A stretch of DNA of 62,921 nt, filler included, from Sphacelaria rigidula (GCA_964200075.2; 9 parts of 9 records of this genome joined end to end with filler, not necessarily neighbours in it), one strand, 5' to 3'. Positions 48,501 to 61,896 are shown, counted from the whole stretch's first letter. Notes: generated by a model not told the origin, from the letters alone. A program made the numbers and translations.

Positions 48501-51500
48501 ATGCTGTCCGGTGCGATAGCCAGATCCAAGTAGTACATGGTGGTGCAGGAGCTGTCCTGTCGAAGAGGCAGCTTGAAGTTTCCCATTCTAATGAAAGAGA
48601 AATCATCAAAAACTAATCACATCCCTCTTTGCACTGCTGTTCCTCTCGAGAACAGGTGACGACCCAGCCCTGGTGCGGTGGTGAAGGGCAGTAGGACCTT
48701 GTGCTCGGCCCCGGTTTGGTCCCGTGTGACGACCTTCATTTTTCCTCTGCCGGTGCCGTGGAGTTTTCCCTTGCCGGCGATGTTGATGACGATCGGCGGG
48801 TCGTACTTCTGATACTCAAACATCCGGTGCTGAAAATTTGGAAGCAAGTCAGGGTCGACGAAGTGGTTGCTGGCGCCGGTGTCGACAGTCATGGTGAAGC
48901 GCGAAGGAGCAGCGGCGGTNNNNNNNNNNNNNNNNNNNNNNNNNNNNNNNNNNNNNNNNNNNNTTAATTAATTAANNNNNNNNNNNNNNNNNNNNNNNNN
49001 NNNNNNNNNNNNNNNNNNNCCCATTTCGATTTACGTGAAGATTTTGCCTCCCAAAAGTATGCACTTTTGGGGGGGGGAGCTATCGTTGAAAGTGTCTGGT
49101 ACATGTTGCTACGCCGGGCGACTAATGTGCAGACGCCAGCCAGTCCAGTAGAGCGACGAAAGCAAGCTATGATCGGGTTTGCCTGACGTACTGCCGCAAG
49201 CGTTGCTTGAAAGCCACAAGATTTTTGCGGTTGACGCGCGTCGTGTCCAAAAAGAGAGGCAGAGAGAAATCGATCTTCGCGTTGGCCACAGGCAAGAAGA
49301 GACGGAATCTCTCCGCACCTCGATGTTCTGGCACACGGAAAATCGGGTGCATGCTGGTAGCATCGATGATGCCAGTCTCTCGAGCGATTGGTAATCGCCG
49401 AGCGAGGACACACAAAGGACACGGGCGAGGAGCTTCCTCTCTGTCGTTGCTTCTCTCTCTGGTGATACCGTCATCGACACGCGTGCACACCGCATTTGTT
49501 AGGTGCACCTAGCCACAGCTGCTTAAGTGCGGCGGGCATCTGGGGGGGAAGATGGCTTTGCTCGGTCGTAAGTGCTTTGCGTCATCTCTGCAAAACAGAA
49601 ATGTCACTTCAAGCTCATATTTGAGACGGATCCCATTATTCAGGATCCGCTGTTATAGGCCGATGTGCTATTCATATCTTGACCATTGGACAGTGTGGCC
49701 CACAAATGATAAAAACTTGGTTTATAGGTAACACGCGCGCGTCGCGTTGCCGCTGTATTTCGTCTTCGATTCGATTTTCACCATTACTACACCAATGCAA
49801 TCAGCTGGCGCATGAAGCCACCTAAGGTTTGCTTGACGAATAACCGCTGGAACTACGGGTCAAATCAACCATGGCCGCCCATCTTCAGCTGGCCTCCGAG
49901 TCGCTAGCTATGATCTCGATGCCTTGTATGACCAGTTCATCGTGGAAGAAATGCTGCCAAACTGAGGAGGGGGCACCATAGAGGATGTAGTTACATACTA
50001 CATATGTACGAACTAGGCTTCGCTAGGGGTGAGACAGTAAAGTTACGGGTTCCAAAGAAGAACGTTGTCGTGTCCTGCTGCCGAAGGATCTCCAAAGCGG
50101 GGTCAAATTTTCTCTCGTGTCGTTCGGGGCAAGGATTTGGCCGTTACCGAAGATAGGGAAGAAAAACAACTGACTGACCCAGTACGGCGGCATCGCGAAC
50201 GGTCAACCAGGGTTCATGCGGTAGCGCTATTATTCGGAGCTTTTTCTACGGGAGACCCCGTTGCCTAGGTTGCCGTAGATCCAGTTTCACAAGTTTGAAC
50301 GTTTCAAGTCTGCTCATGTATGCCACTGGCGGACCCTAATCCTGTGACTGTTTCTGGTGGGTTACATGTGTATTCTGGTGCTCATTTCTCTCATACATAT
50401 TATATGTGGTCTTCACATAGCACCCCCCCCCTTTTGACGCGCCTCAAGTCCCTCAATTCGAGGGGCTGAGGCGATCACTCACGGAGAGAATGATATTCAC
50501 GTTGATTCCCAATTATATATGTGTCATGATACCATTATGCTGGCCTGTGCGTGAACGTCTCATATCTTCTACACTGTCGTGTTGACTAAACACAAGGCGG
50601 CAAATTTTATCGACGTTCGTACCCAGCTTCATGTCATCAGCATATTTGTGTGGGAGGTTCGTGACTTGGTCACATGATCCCGGCATCTGTGAAATCCGTG
50701 TGATCAATAATTTTGATACCTCCATATATGCTGATTTATGGGTGACTCCGTGGAAAACATCGTGTTTTCGTATGGGGGTAGGTTGTCGTCCCGCGCTTGG
50801 CCTGGACTCTGAACTCGGCGATTACCGTATGGTTTGGTAATACTTGCGTCTGGGGAAGACAAATATTAAAGACAAAAAAAAGAGAGTGGTTGCGTTTGTA
50901 TGTCTCGAGTGGCATACTCTAAGATTACAAAATTTCCACGGCTATCCTCGCCAGCAATACCCCTATTCGCTGGTAAGAGCTCAGACCTTTGGGTCGAGTT
51001 TCTGTTCCCCGCTGATGTCCTTCTGGTGGCATTAATCATAGCATCAACTTTCTTTTGTCCTGACTTTATACCTAAGGTGTCTGCATGTAGCGGGAAATTC
51101 CCCTGCAAGTGCATGTTTCCGGGAATTGCTCTTGATGAGATACTTGGTTTCCGCATGAACAGTTTTACTAACCCGTTTTCTTTTTCTCGTGTTATGAGAC
51201 GGCGGGTCTGGTGGAGGCGCGCTTTTTAGTTTTTGCTTGATGCTGTACGCGTCTATGAGATGTTGACATTGGGGTACCGTTTGCTCTATACTCTAGGTCA
51301 GCCGACCGTAGCCTTTGGGTCTGAGGTGGTATTTGTAGTTGAGGTGGCTTTTCCGCCGTGGGCCCCGTTTATGGCCCACCACCTTGTCAACGATGTAGCG
51401 TTCGATTTTCGGTTGTGCTACATCTGGGCGGTCAACCTCTGGAAGAGGCAATCTTTCCCCTCATAAAGAGTCGGCAAGTCGATCGAAAGCGGGTGCCGGT

Positions 51501-51643
51501 GCTTCCTCCCGTGGGTAGTACTTTTTCAAGGGAGCCAAGTGCACCGACGTTTGTTTTGCGTCGTTGCCCAACGTTACTTTGTACAATAGTGGCGATAATT
51601 TGGAACATATGGTGTACGGGCCTCGCCAAGGTAACAACAGTTA

Positions 51644-52099
51644 AACACTATATTCGTGAGATTCAGAGGGTAGTTTCAGATTCAGAGTGAGACCCGAAAC
51701 AATCGACTTTCCCGTCGATTTTGACATCGCCACAGTTCGAGGAGTAATGCGCCCACCTGGTGAAGCGGTGGCATCAATGAACGCTGTCACCTACACGAAT
51801 AATTTGACACATCACCTGATCGCAACGACGTAGTCAGTCCATTGCAACAAAAGATCCCCTCTTTCAGGAAAAAACGGTTAGTACCTGAAAGAGTTTCAGT
51901 TCCGAAATGTCCCCCAGGCGTAAAAATGCTTTGTGCGATATCTCACCAACCAGACCGCCGAATTCCTCGAAAGGGGTACCGTACGGTAGCTGCATGCACA
52001 GTACGTGTGCTCAAGCAAAAAAACAAAACTGCCTGTTAGAACGCCAGAGCAGCCACTCTGAATCTGAAACTACCCTCTGAATCTCACGAATATAGTGTT
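51644..52099. mobile_element. AACACT-terminal element with perfect 46-bp TIR
   Basis: AACACTATATTCGTGAGATTCAGAGGGTAGTTTCAGATTCAGAGTG and its exact reverse complement; flanks AGTT(A)/AGTG. Removal restores GPNP(K/T)LLLPWRGPY. Confidence 0.88.
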
Positions 52100-52260
52100 A
52101 GTGTTGGATTTGGGCCGTCTGCATCCTGGTATGGCCTGTATAGTAACACTTTTTGTCCCGGTTCAAAGGTGGGAAAATACTTGAGTTTGTCATTGCTTTC
52201 TTTCTGCTTGTCTGCAAGATCTTGCAGATTGCGTCTCGCGAGTTCGAAGGCCAGCTGTAA

Positions 52261-53036
52261 GGCGGGGTCGTATCAGAAGTGATTATCACTTTTCAAAAGA
52301 TCACTTTTTGAGAAGTGATTGCCCCCACAACGACTAGGGCTGAGTCTTATCGACAAGCAGTTTTGTCCAGATCGAAGCCCAGACCTGCACACGGGCAAAA
52401 TATGCGGCGGTTCTAGAAGTGGCCGTTTGTCCAATATCTCTGTACTACTGCGGACAAGACGCAACGAGGTAGCACAGCGCCGACACACCGACCCACGAAA
52501 ACCGACACATAGACACCCACCACTCACGCGCATTAGCTCAAGCACTATCTCTTCATTATCTACACACGACAGCCTTTGTTTGACGGAAATCCGTCCAGTA
52601 TTGGATGAAAGGCGGCCGCGTGCGTGTCAAATAGCAACCGAAAACGTGCTGTTGCTGGCTGACTTCGAGGGTGTGCTATGTGCGCGTCTCACGCAAATCA
52701 TCATTTCTCACGGAATTCTGAACCGATTGGAGCAAGGTCACTCACAGGATGCTCAGCTGATGAGCAGCAATGGATGGAGCGGTGTGTTTTGGTTTGGGAG
52801 GGCAATGCGATCCTCAGGTTCACGTTTGATTATGTTGATTTGTCTGTCAAGACTTGGGTTATGCCCGTGTCAACGGGATGTTTTATATTCCCGTTCGAGG
52901 TGTCACAAAATCACTTTTGCAAAAGTAATTTTTTTGCACTTTTCGGGAGGGTTGTTATCGCAGCAACCAATCATCGGTCGCTTTTTACATCAGTGGTTTC
53001 TTGAAAAGAGATTATCACTTCTGATAAGACCCCGCC
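52261..53036. mobile_element. PIF/Harbinger-like non-autonomous element in the Gypsy 3 integrase
   Basis: TIR GGCGGGGTC.TATCAGAAGTGAT.ATC.CTTTTCAA; 3-bp TSD TAA/TGA. Removal restores QRDTLQLAFELARRNL. Confidence 0.88.
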
Positions 53037-54574
53037 TGAAGTATCTCTTTGTTGCTTCGTGTATTCTTTGACATCCGCTGCATGTCCCTAATCTGGGATG
53101 CCTAGAACTATATCAACTGGCAACTTGGATTGTCTCCCGAACAAGACAAAATACGGGTTTACTTGGACCGTTGTGTTGAATGAAGTTTTGTACGCCATTC
53201 GAACATACGGCAACATTGTTACCCAGTTGTCTTGCTTGACTGAACTGTGCATTGCCAGCATAGCGTGAAACTTTGAGTGTATCCGCTGTGAAACTGACTT
53301 GCCTCGGGGTGTGAACGGAGTTGTGCGGGTTTTCTCGAATTCCAGCAGTGTCTGTAGCTGGTAGATCACCTGATTCTCAAACTCTTTGCCTTGATCAAAG
53401 TGAACCTGTTCCCGAATACCGAAAGTTGTTAAACCTCTGCCAACTAGCATCTGGGCCACCGTAGTGGCTGACTTGTTTGGGATCAGGGTAAAACGTGCAT
53501 GCATACCGCATCAAATGATCCATCACAGATATGGCGTATTTTCAAGGCACTTCAGCTGAGGGTTTTGAAATCGTGTTGTACTCGACCAAGTCTATCAATA
53601 CGCGTTGAAATGACATTTTCACAAGTATACGGCCTGTAGGAAGTTTTGGACGATTGTGGGTCGTTTTCCGGCATTGGCCAACCTGGCGATCTCTACACCA
53701 ATTTCGCACGTCTCTGCTTACTGACGGCCACAAGTGCTTCTCTTTGACCTTTTCGTAAGCCGGTTTGAACCCAAGGTGACCTCCGGATAACGCATGATCG
53801 TGATTCGAGTGTACTACGAACCCTCTTAGAGCTGCGGGTAACCCTAGTTGATCACAAAGTGTGTCTCCTTTTCGGAGATGCCCTGGCAAATATGAACTGT
53901 ACAAAATATCGTCTTGGGACTGAATAGTACGACGTGGATGCCCACATTTATTTTCCGGGATTGGTGCAGTGTCATCAGTCAAATACTGGATGTAGGGGCC
54001 ATATTATTTTCCCTACTCTGCTTTCAATTTTTTGTTGTCTACAGACATGAAGATGTTCGTTGCGCTGTTGTAGACCGACTTTACTGTGAACAGCTCACTG
54101 TCGCTTTGTACTGGTTTTAGATTATCCAGCTTATCCGCCGAGAATTGGTTTGGCTGGTGCGATTTTCTGATGTGTAATGCGGGATCTTTCGGCACGTTAC
54201 GACACATCGGAGTGAGTAGAGGTTTTACTTCGTCATCTTGTTGCCGCTCAAATGTAAAGAATCGTGATAGAGTGTCGGGTATGATACTTAGTTTTCCCGG
54301 TTTGCGCTGTACCATAAAGTCAAATATGACTGCAAAGCAATTGCCCACTTCGTCAGTATGTTGCGTGTATCTTGCAAAGTATATAGGTATTGCAGCGCTG
54401 CATGATCTGTCACGCAAGCGAAATTTTTGCCCCATAAGAAATGTCTTCAAAGTTGGATCGCTAAAATAATGGCGTAACATTCGTTGAGGGTCACATAACA
54501 TTGCTTCTGGGCATGCTTAAAACGTTGACTGGAGTAAGCAATGATCGCTTGGTCATCGACTTTCTTACGACATA

Positions 54575-54882
54575 AACAAGGGATTTTACAAGTGAGGGAT
54601 GGATGATTCACTGGGGATGAGAACCCGGAGAATAGAAATCTTCGTACCCACGCCAGATCCTCGAAATATGATCCGACCCCTAAAATCGGTTATTCACGTG
54701 GGACCCGAACATTTTGGTTATCGAAATCCAAATTTGTATGGCGCATAGTAGTTGTCAATAGCTACCAGCAACTGAAGAAATGGAACCATATTTCGACGAT
54801 TTGGCGTGGATACGAAGATTTTAACTCTCTGGGTTTCCATGCCCAATAAATCATACATCCCTCATTTACAAAATCCAGTGTT
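54575..54882. mobile_element. AACA-terminal long-TIR MITE with 4-bp TSD in the Gypsy 3 RNase H
   Basis: CATA|AACA...TGTT|CATA with a ~95-bp imperfect TIR. Removal restores GGHLCRKKVDDQAIIAYSS. Confidence 0.85.
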
Positions 54883-55861
54883 CATAGGTGGCCCCCCACT
54901 CCCTCACTACTGACATCAACTTGGACCACGAATCGTTTGGAGAAGTCAGGGAAGTGCAATACTGGAGCAGTCGTCAAAAGTCGGTTCACTTCCGCGAAAG
55001 GTTCGTCATGTTTTGTTTTCCAATGTTTTGCTATTCCTTTGACCGCTTTTTTCTTTGTGAGGTCTACCAAGGGTGCGGTGATTTCGGCCGCATTTCGGGT
55101 AAACGTTCGCACTAAATCAAACATGCCGAGCAATGAGCGCAACTGCTTGTTGTTAGTTGGTTTGGGTAAGTCTAGTATTGCTTCAATACGGCCGTCACTT
55201 AATTTGATACCGTCTCCTGACAGAGTGTGTCCTAGGCATTTAATTTCCTTTGGTCCAAACCGTGTTTTGACCGGTTTCAGGGTGAGGCCCGCTGGTTGCA
55301 GCGCCTTGAGCATGCCCTCAAGTAGAGTTAGGTGGCTTTCCCACGAAGAACATGCGATTAAATCGTCCATGTGCACCAGGAGACCGCTTTTCGGTCCAAA
55401 GCGTGAGAACTTTGAGAGCCATTATTCGTGAAAAAATAAATGGGGATGGCGCTAATCCGAATGGGGGGCGATTGAATACCCATTCATCTTTGCTCGTGAT
55501 GCAGGCTGTCTTCTCCTTTTCTTCTTCCGCTATAGGGATTCGGTGGAATGCACTCTGCACATCATAGACAGAAATGTCCTTTGCTCCCGCCACCGTGTCA
55601 ATATGGAATTTCATTATTGCTTTCAGCGACAATAGTTACCGCAGAGTCCCAAGGGCTAGCTCTTTGCTCAATGATATCGTCTCTTTCCATTTCGTGTACA
55701 CATTTGTCGATGACCTCTTTTACCCTTGGGTTGCCCCTGTAGGGCGGTCTGTCCACTGGTTGTGTACCCGGCTGGAGTGGAAATGTAGCTTCACCCATCG
55801 TGCAGCATCCTAACTCCCGCGGACTACTGCCGAGATAGCCCCCCCCCCGAATCGACCAAAT

Positions 55862-55920
55862 GGGCTGTGGAAGAAGTTGTGGGAAGCTGGGATCAGAGGA
55901 AAGATGTGGAGAATGGTCAA
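55862..55920 (+). pseudogene. Non-LTR reverse transcriptase fragment
   Basis: GLWKKLWEAGIRGKMWRMV matches the LINE RT L..KL...GI.GK motif. Confidence 0.6.
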
Positions 55921-56240
55921 NNNNNNNNNNNNNNNNNNNNNNNNNNNNNNNNNNNNNNNNNNNNTTAATTAATTAANNNNNNNNNNNNNNNNNNNNNNNN
56001 NNNNNNNNNNNNNNNNNNNNGGGGGGGGGGGGGGTGCGAGTGTTGACAGTTTACAAGGAGAAAGAGAAATCGTGACAACTGTCGGTGCGGAGTCGCCCTG
56101 CTATCGGTGAAGGCTACGCCTCTAAACGCTGCCGATGATGGGGTTCATGAAGTACCCATGGATGTTGTCATGTTTTCCCGTAGAGAGACGGAAAGTGTGA
56201 TGGCATGCAAGTAATACGGGCGGCGATCGCGATCACTCAC

Positions 56241-59200
56241 GAGTACTCGATGGCCTTGTGGTGTTCCTCGTATGTGTGCGCCGTCGAGGACAGGAGCACA
56301 GTCACGGAGTCTACCCACGACACGAACGACAGGTCCCCACTGCGTGCGAAGATCATATCTCCCCGCTTTTTCGCTTGTAAGCCGCGACCGTGCTAAAAAG
56401 CGAAGGCTCCAGCAACACCCGCCCTGTTATTCCGCACGGTCCCGACGCTAAAGATGCCAGGCTCCAGGAGGCACAACTGCAGCATGGGGGAGGTGAAGTA
56501 GTTGTCCATAGCAACATGGACCCCGTTGTGTTCGACCCGCTCTCCGAAGACAGGGGAAGCTTTTAGGAGGACGTACAGAATCATCCGCGTAGTGCGCCCC
56601 AGCGGGCAGTTCGCCCACTGAGTAAGTTTCACGTCCCCTTCAAAGCCAGCGTCCCCCACACTGAGGAAACAGTATCCTGTCCGGCAGCACACTGCCCATC
56701 ACTTGATACCTGATGCCCGGCGTGACGGTAACGGAACAGCACGCGAGGCAATGCCGTGTCACGAAAACCGAAAGTCATTTGTTTTCGGGACAAAAGGCGG
56801 TGACCACCAACACATATGAGCCTGCAGCGGACATCAAAGTGCTTTTGACAAGTTCGTCAAAAGTGGACAATGACAAATGATGTGCACCCGCGGTGCATAA
56901 GAAAAGGGCACATCCACCTTCGACCGCAACACCGACGAGAATACATAAATATCGCGGTTGCAAACGGGCCGGAGAAGGCCGAATGTCGGTTGACGGCGAC
57001 TGCTCTGTTCTTGACACCGTCACCCGAACACGATCGCCGAGGTAGGCCCTACGATTATATCGAACCCGGGGAAAGCGCCTACAATACCGCTCGTGACGGG
57101 GCCAACACGCGACGATGAAGGAGAAGGCTATATCCAGGTTATACAACACTTGCCGTGTTTGATGGGCTTGTTCTTGTTGAACCTGATGAGGAAGTGAGCA
57201 ACCCTCGCGGTGCACTTCACCATCTGCTCGTCAAATGAAATCTACACCCCCACGTCGGCAGCCTCACTCCACGCCTTGTTCAGAATGTCCTCAAGCTCCC
57301 TGTGGAAAAACATAAGGAAAAAAATACAATCACAAAAAGAAATCAAGGCCCCGGGTGACGGTGAGTAACCAAGAACAGGCTTGACAAGCCGGGAAGAAAA
57401 ATGACGCAGGGCGAAAATGTGAAAAGTCCCCAACTATGAGTTTCTGGGCAAAGATGAGTAGCCGCGCAAGAGTATTGGCATGGCACCAACATATGACCGC
57501 GCAACAAATAGCACATTGGATGAAGTCCATATGCCGAAATCGGCCTTGACAGGCCCGACATACGTGACAACGACAAAAAAAAACAGCGGTAGCCGAATGT
57601 GCAAACGGGAGTGAAAGTGGGAGGCACAAAACATTGCGGAGAAGCCGCAACGAAGTACAACAAGAGAGCAACAGAGAATCGCAGACAACCGCGAGGAACG
57701 GGATCACGATGGTTCCATGCAAACATCCAACACGAACTACAAGCATAACAACAAAATAGAACACACAGAATATGATAAACTGGCAACATGGAAGGTCGAA
57801 AATGAACGCGATACGCCCGAAACAAACTATCGTCACCACCACAACAGAAATACACTATCGAAGTCATTGCGAAACTGTATGAACCCGATAAGCCGACGAG
57901 AAAGATCAGGGCCGGATAAGATCACAAGTGTGCCAAGAGACGAGCCAGCTACATGGGTCACAAGCCGGGAACAAAAGTAGTATTATTTGTTTTCCCTGGG
58001 GATTCGATTATGTGAGCACTCATCCTACCGAAATTTCACCAGATGGGTATTGTGTTTTTGGCGGGTCCGACAGAGCGCGAGCCCAATCACCTTGTTATGC
58101 CCACTGCACGGATCCACCCTACAGTTTATCGAACATAAGTACCTGATGTGAGCTTTTCCGTCGTAACCTTTCTCCCCTCTTGTCGGCAGCCCGCCAGGCG
58201 CGAGGTGGAAGAAGCGCGACATGAGTAACATGAAGAAATCGCGTGGCATGGTCCTTCGCACGTGCGGAAAGTCGTGCTTCCGTCCCGTTCCCCAGTGGAA
58301 TCTCATCCGCGGGAGCTTTGTGATGCCCATTTCCAGCAGAATCCCTAGGGCCCCGTACACATGTTTCTTTTCGAAACCATCGTCTGGTACGACAGCGCTA
58401 CTTAGGTTTCTGGTCTTCAACCGGTGTCGCGCTTCTCGCGTTTGCTTCTTGCCCCCACTCCCGACGGATTCGTCCTCACTGGTGCAGAAGTCGACGTACT
58501 CATTTGTCTGCGCGGCATTGGGAAAAGCAAGGAGAGTGTGTCACGGATGTTGCGTCTATGTCCCTCGACCACGGGTCATATATCCTGCACAGCAGCCGAT
58601 CGCCCTGGAGGCTCAGCGATAACCTCGAAACCTTCTGACTGTTGGGTCGTGGGTTCAAATCTCGGAGCGATCGGGGAATTTGTCTCACCATGTCCAACAG
58701 TGGAGAGCGACTACATCGTGGGTACACAAACTACGAGCCAACGGTCGGCGAGGGGAAGGGACTGCTGAACCCCTCTCGCGATAAAAAAATGAAGATGCAA
58801 AAAAAAAATCCTGTGTTGGCCTTCCTCCTGTGTGACCCCGGTGAAAGCAAGCGGAGTACTAGAAACAAAAAAACAAAAAACTGCGTTGACCTTGCTCCTG
58901 TGTGATCCCGGTTGATGCGTCCATATATACCGAAAAATGTAGACCGGCGTCCACAACGCATGGGAGGACTAGACACACAATGAGGTATTTTTACAGTGTA
59001 ATCTTTTGTTTCGGATGCGCGAACTGCTTTGCATTGCGTGGCAGCGATGATGCGATTATGTGCGGTAAAAGGCACACCTATCTCGCAGATCTGGACACGA
59101 AATGCCACCCGCGCCCGGGGCCGTGTAAATCCCGCACACTTCTGCAGCACAGGGATCCATACTGTGCAACGGTAGGAAACCGACACCAACCGTTTGGCAT

Positions 59201-60805
59201 GATGTGCTTTTTTTCCATGGCGAAACGTTGGGCATCTAATTTTGTGACAGGTTCCACCGACGGAGTTGCGTGTTGGCGTGGGCGATCGAATTGCCAACCT
59301 GCTCATAGACAGTAGAGGCAGTGCAAAACTGCACGTGCTTCAAATCTGCCTCGCATCCTCATGTATGCAGAAAGTCAGAAAGCTGTGCTGTGTGAATGTC
59401 GCGTCTGCCGCTTCTTTTCTACATCGCGCCTGTATGCCGTGCGAAACACGCGCTGTATCTACACAACAGTACGGGCCGCCACTGCTGTACAGTTTGTACA
59501 GTCTTACTGTGCTATATATAAACGAAGGAGGAGGCACCTTCACGAATTCCAGTTAGCCTTTTCGATTCGAAGCGAGCGAATTCGTTCGCATTCAAACATA
59601 GCGAAAGGAACTGAATCAGTTCCGCCGCAGCAATTCGTTCGAGTCCAAGAAAATTGGTCAGACACGGCCTTCGTGTCAGTTTGTGTGATCGATCGACGCC
59701 AGCAGACCCCCCGTTTGTCAGCACGTTGTGATTGACCGTCAAACACGGTTGCCAGCTTCTAGCGCAAACTATAGGTAGAACTCAACAAAGAAAGAAGCCC
59801 TACCATCTCTCGCGCACGAAACCGTGATAGCGGATACTAGCGTCTTGAGGTCTCGTACGTGATGGGCAGCGGCGAAAGAAAGAACCTAACCGAGTCGCCG
59901 AATGCAAAACAATTACTGGATTTACCACTTTGAACGTGGGGTACCGTAGCGGAAAGTGCAGTCAGTCCGTGCCGTTTGCAACCAACAGCAGTGATGGAAT
60001 ACCTACCGCGTTGCATAGCGACAGCATGGATCCGATGGAATGCTTCAGATCCGCGCGGACCCAAACCGAGGAAAAATGTTTGAATTCCATGAAAGAAATT
60101 CCGCATAGCCCTCTCCTTGACCACGGCAAACACCACAATTTGTCAACGCATACCCGGCCCTCCTTCATGGGGCGAAACCATGCAGGACGTAAATGAAGGG
60201 CAGCTTCCCATTTTTGTCTTTATTTTTGCCTCAAAAAGCGGCATGCAGCTGTCTATTGTTTACAGTTTCAATATTTCCACATTTCAGGTGAAGGGTGCGA
60301 CAACAGCTCGTCGCATTGTATCTCCAGCAATTTTAGATGTGCTACAACGTCCTTGCAAAAGTCCCGCACGTTGCAACAACCCGGGGTGCAAACCAAGACA
60401 ACCTCCTCACATATTTCACGATGAGCTCCACCGCCTCCACAGGGAACATGATCTCAAAGAATGTAAACGCCAGGTCCTCGATGCTTCCGCGGACCACGGT
60501 GCGATACCCCGCTCCATCGACCTTCGGCAGGCGCTGCAGGGTTGCTGGCGTCAACGTGAAGTCGCTGCTGCGCTTCTGCTTTTGCTCCTCCTGGTGCTTC
60601 GGACTGGACTCGTCAGCTTTCACCCCCTCTGTCGTCCACTTAGCAGCACCCACCCGGTCCTTCCCACTACCAGCGTCCGATGCGCCCGAACCGTCGTCAT
60701 CTTCGTAGTCGCCGTCTTCGTCGTCGTCATCCTGGATGTCGTGCGTGTTAGGGGCGGCATGAGGACAGGGGCCGGACGAGGAACGTCGCCGACGATGCAC
60801 CAAAT
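56241..60805 (-). pseudogene. Intron-containing piggyBac-like transposase (exons ~60805-60411, 58507-58143, 57299-57154, 56709-56241)
   Basis: Spliced product FFEIMFPVEAVELIVKY|TNEYV..GILLEMGI..MPRDFF..RFFHL..HIR|ELEDILN..FDEQM..FNKNKPIKHG|IK*WAVC..GY..MDNYFTS..GTVRNNR. All three junctions are in frame; three premature stops. Confidence 0.9.
58595..58980 (+). mobile_element. Probably full-length tRNA-derived SINE family A inside a transposase intron
   Basis: CCGATCGC...GCGATCGG acceptor-like stem, B box GGTTCAAATC and a body shared with 1-75 and 14008-14225. Confidence 0.8.
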
Positions 60806-61896
60806 CTGTCCTCGTATAGCACTTTGTGACACAAGTGAACTACAGTGAGGCGTATAATTGTTACACACACGCACCGGTGTAAGGGCATTGGACGCGAGAC
60901 ACCGTGGTCCCGGATCGAGCTGGAGAGTGAACACAGATCGACCAGTTCCACATTTGGAACCGCACTTTACAGCTGGGATGCGCTGGCCGTGTGTACGGCG
61001 CCGGTATAGTTTACACGAAGCATCTCGCGTTTCGGGTTCCAGAATAGAACATGACTTGCAGTACCATCCGGGTATCGGCTTGGGCGACCGCGGGGCCAAA
61101 TCGACTGGCAGGTCACGGGCCACTGCGGGTTCAATTGACGTGGGCTATGTCGCGAAAGGAATCAACAGACGTTGTACACCGGAAACTCGAGTTTGAATGT
61201 CTTTTAATGCCTCAATGGGCCTGTTGACTTCATCACAAGTAGTTCTCGAGGGGTGGTGAAATACGTGACACTATATCGCGGCGCGTCGCGCAACCGATAA
61301 CGCTTGATTTCAAGTGTTGCGTGCGGGTTCCGTTCCGAGGCATGGAGACCTCAGCAGGGACTATCGATGCCCATGGAATTGACCACACGCGCGCAGCGGC
61401 GTACAGACCCAACACTCACTCACTCAAACGGCGACAACTCAGCGCGCGCACATAGAGATTGCTTGACCATGAACACAAGATGATCACACCGCTCATTGCC
61501 CGCAAGACATGAATTGTGTTGTACACCAAAAAAATGCAGCCGCCACATCGGCTGTGCACTGTTTCTGTCCGCACATGGCGCGGCAGGAGGCAGCTGCAGA
61601 TTACACGCGTGCACACGTCGAGGGCAGGCCCATACCGCAGGGTCTCTGCAGCACAGCCGCTGCAGAGAGTCAAGTATAACATACGCAGACAGTACCGTCC
61701 AGAAATACACAGCTTGATCAGAGAGATCACCACATGACAGTACACAGCAAAACCTACACCGGCAGCCGCTCCGCTGGTCATGGATATTTCGCCGCCGCCG
61801 ACACTACCCTCGGTCGAAGTTACTCCCACGGGGGCCCTACAACGAGGCCACCCCAACGAACCGCACCATAAGCATGCTACAATTGTGCTGAACTCA

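Larger units (their letters stand above)
44711..48919 (-). mobile_element. Degenerate Ty1/Copia retrotransposon (PR-IN-RT-RNaseH-LTR)
   Basis: Copia domain order: VDTGASNHF; TWHQRL; SNNGGEY, TPQQNGTSER; MDVQTAFL, LRKSLYGLRQS, LFVDD; YSDASYA, SEAELIA, ADNQS, RHIAVRF. Frameshifts present. Confidence 0.97.
49986..55810 (-). mobile_element. Degenerate Gypsy element 3 with chromodomain and probable 3' LTR (~49986-50417)
   Basis: RT (SPWDS, AFHRI, PFGL, HMDD); RNase H (DFSKRFVVQVD, DTLSR); integrase (HDHALSGGHLG, FDQGKEF, PWRGPY); chromodomain (IVDKVVGHK..YKY.LRPKGYG); PPT AAAAG-poly(G). Confidence 0.92.

Noticed and set aside
52319-53071. 250-aa ORF inside the Harbinger-like element
   Set aside because: No DDE or Myb/SANT motif, and it runs through the TIR; likely spurious.
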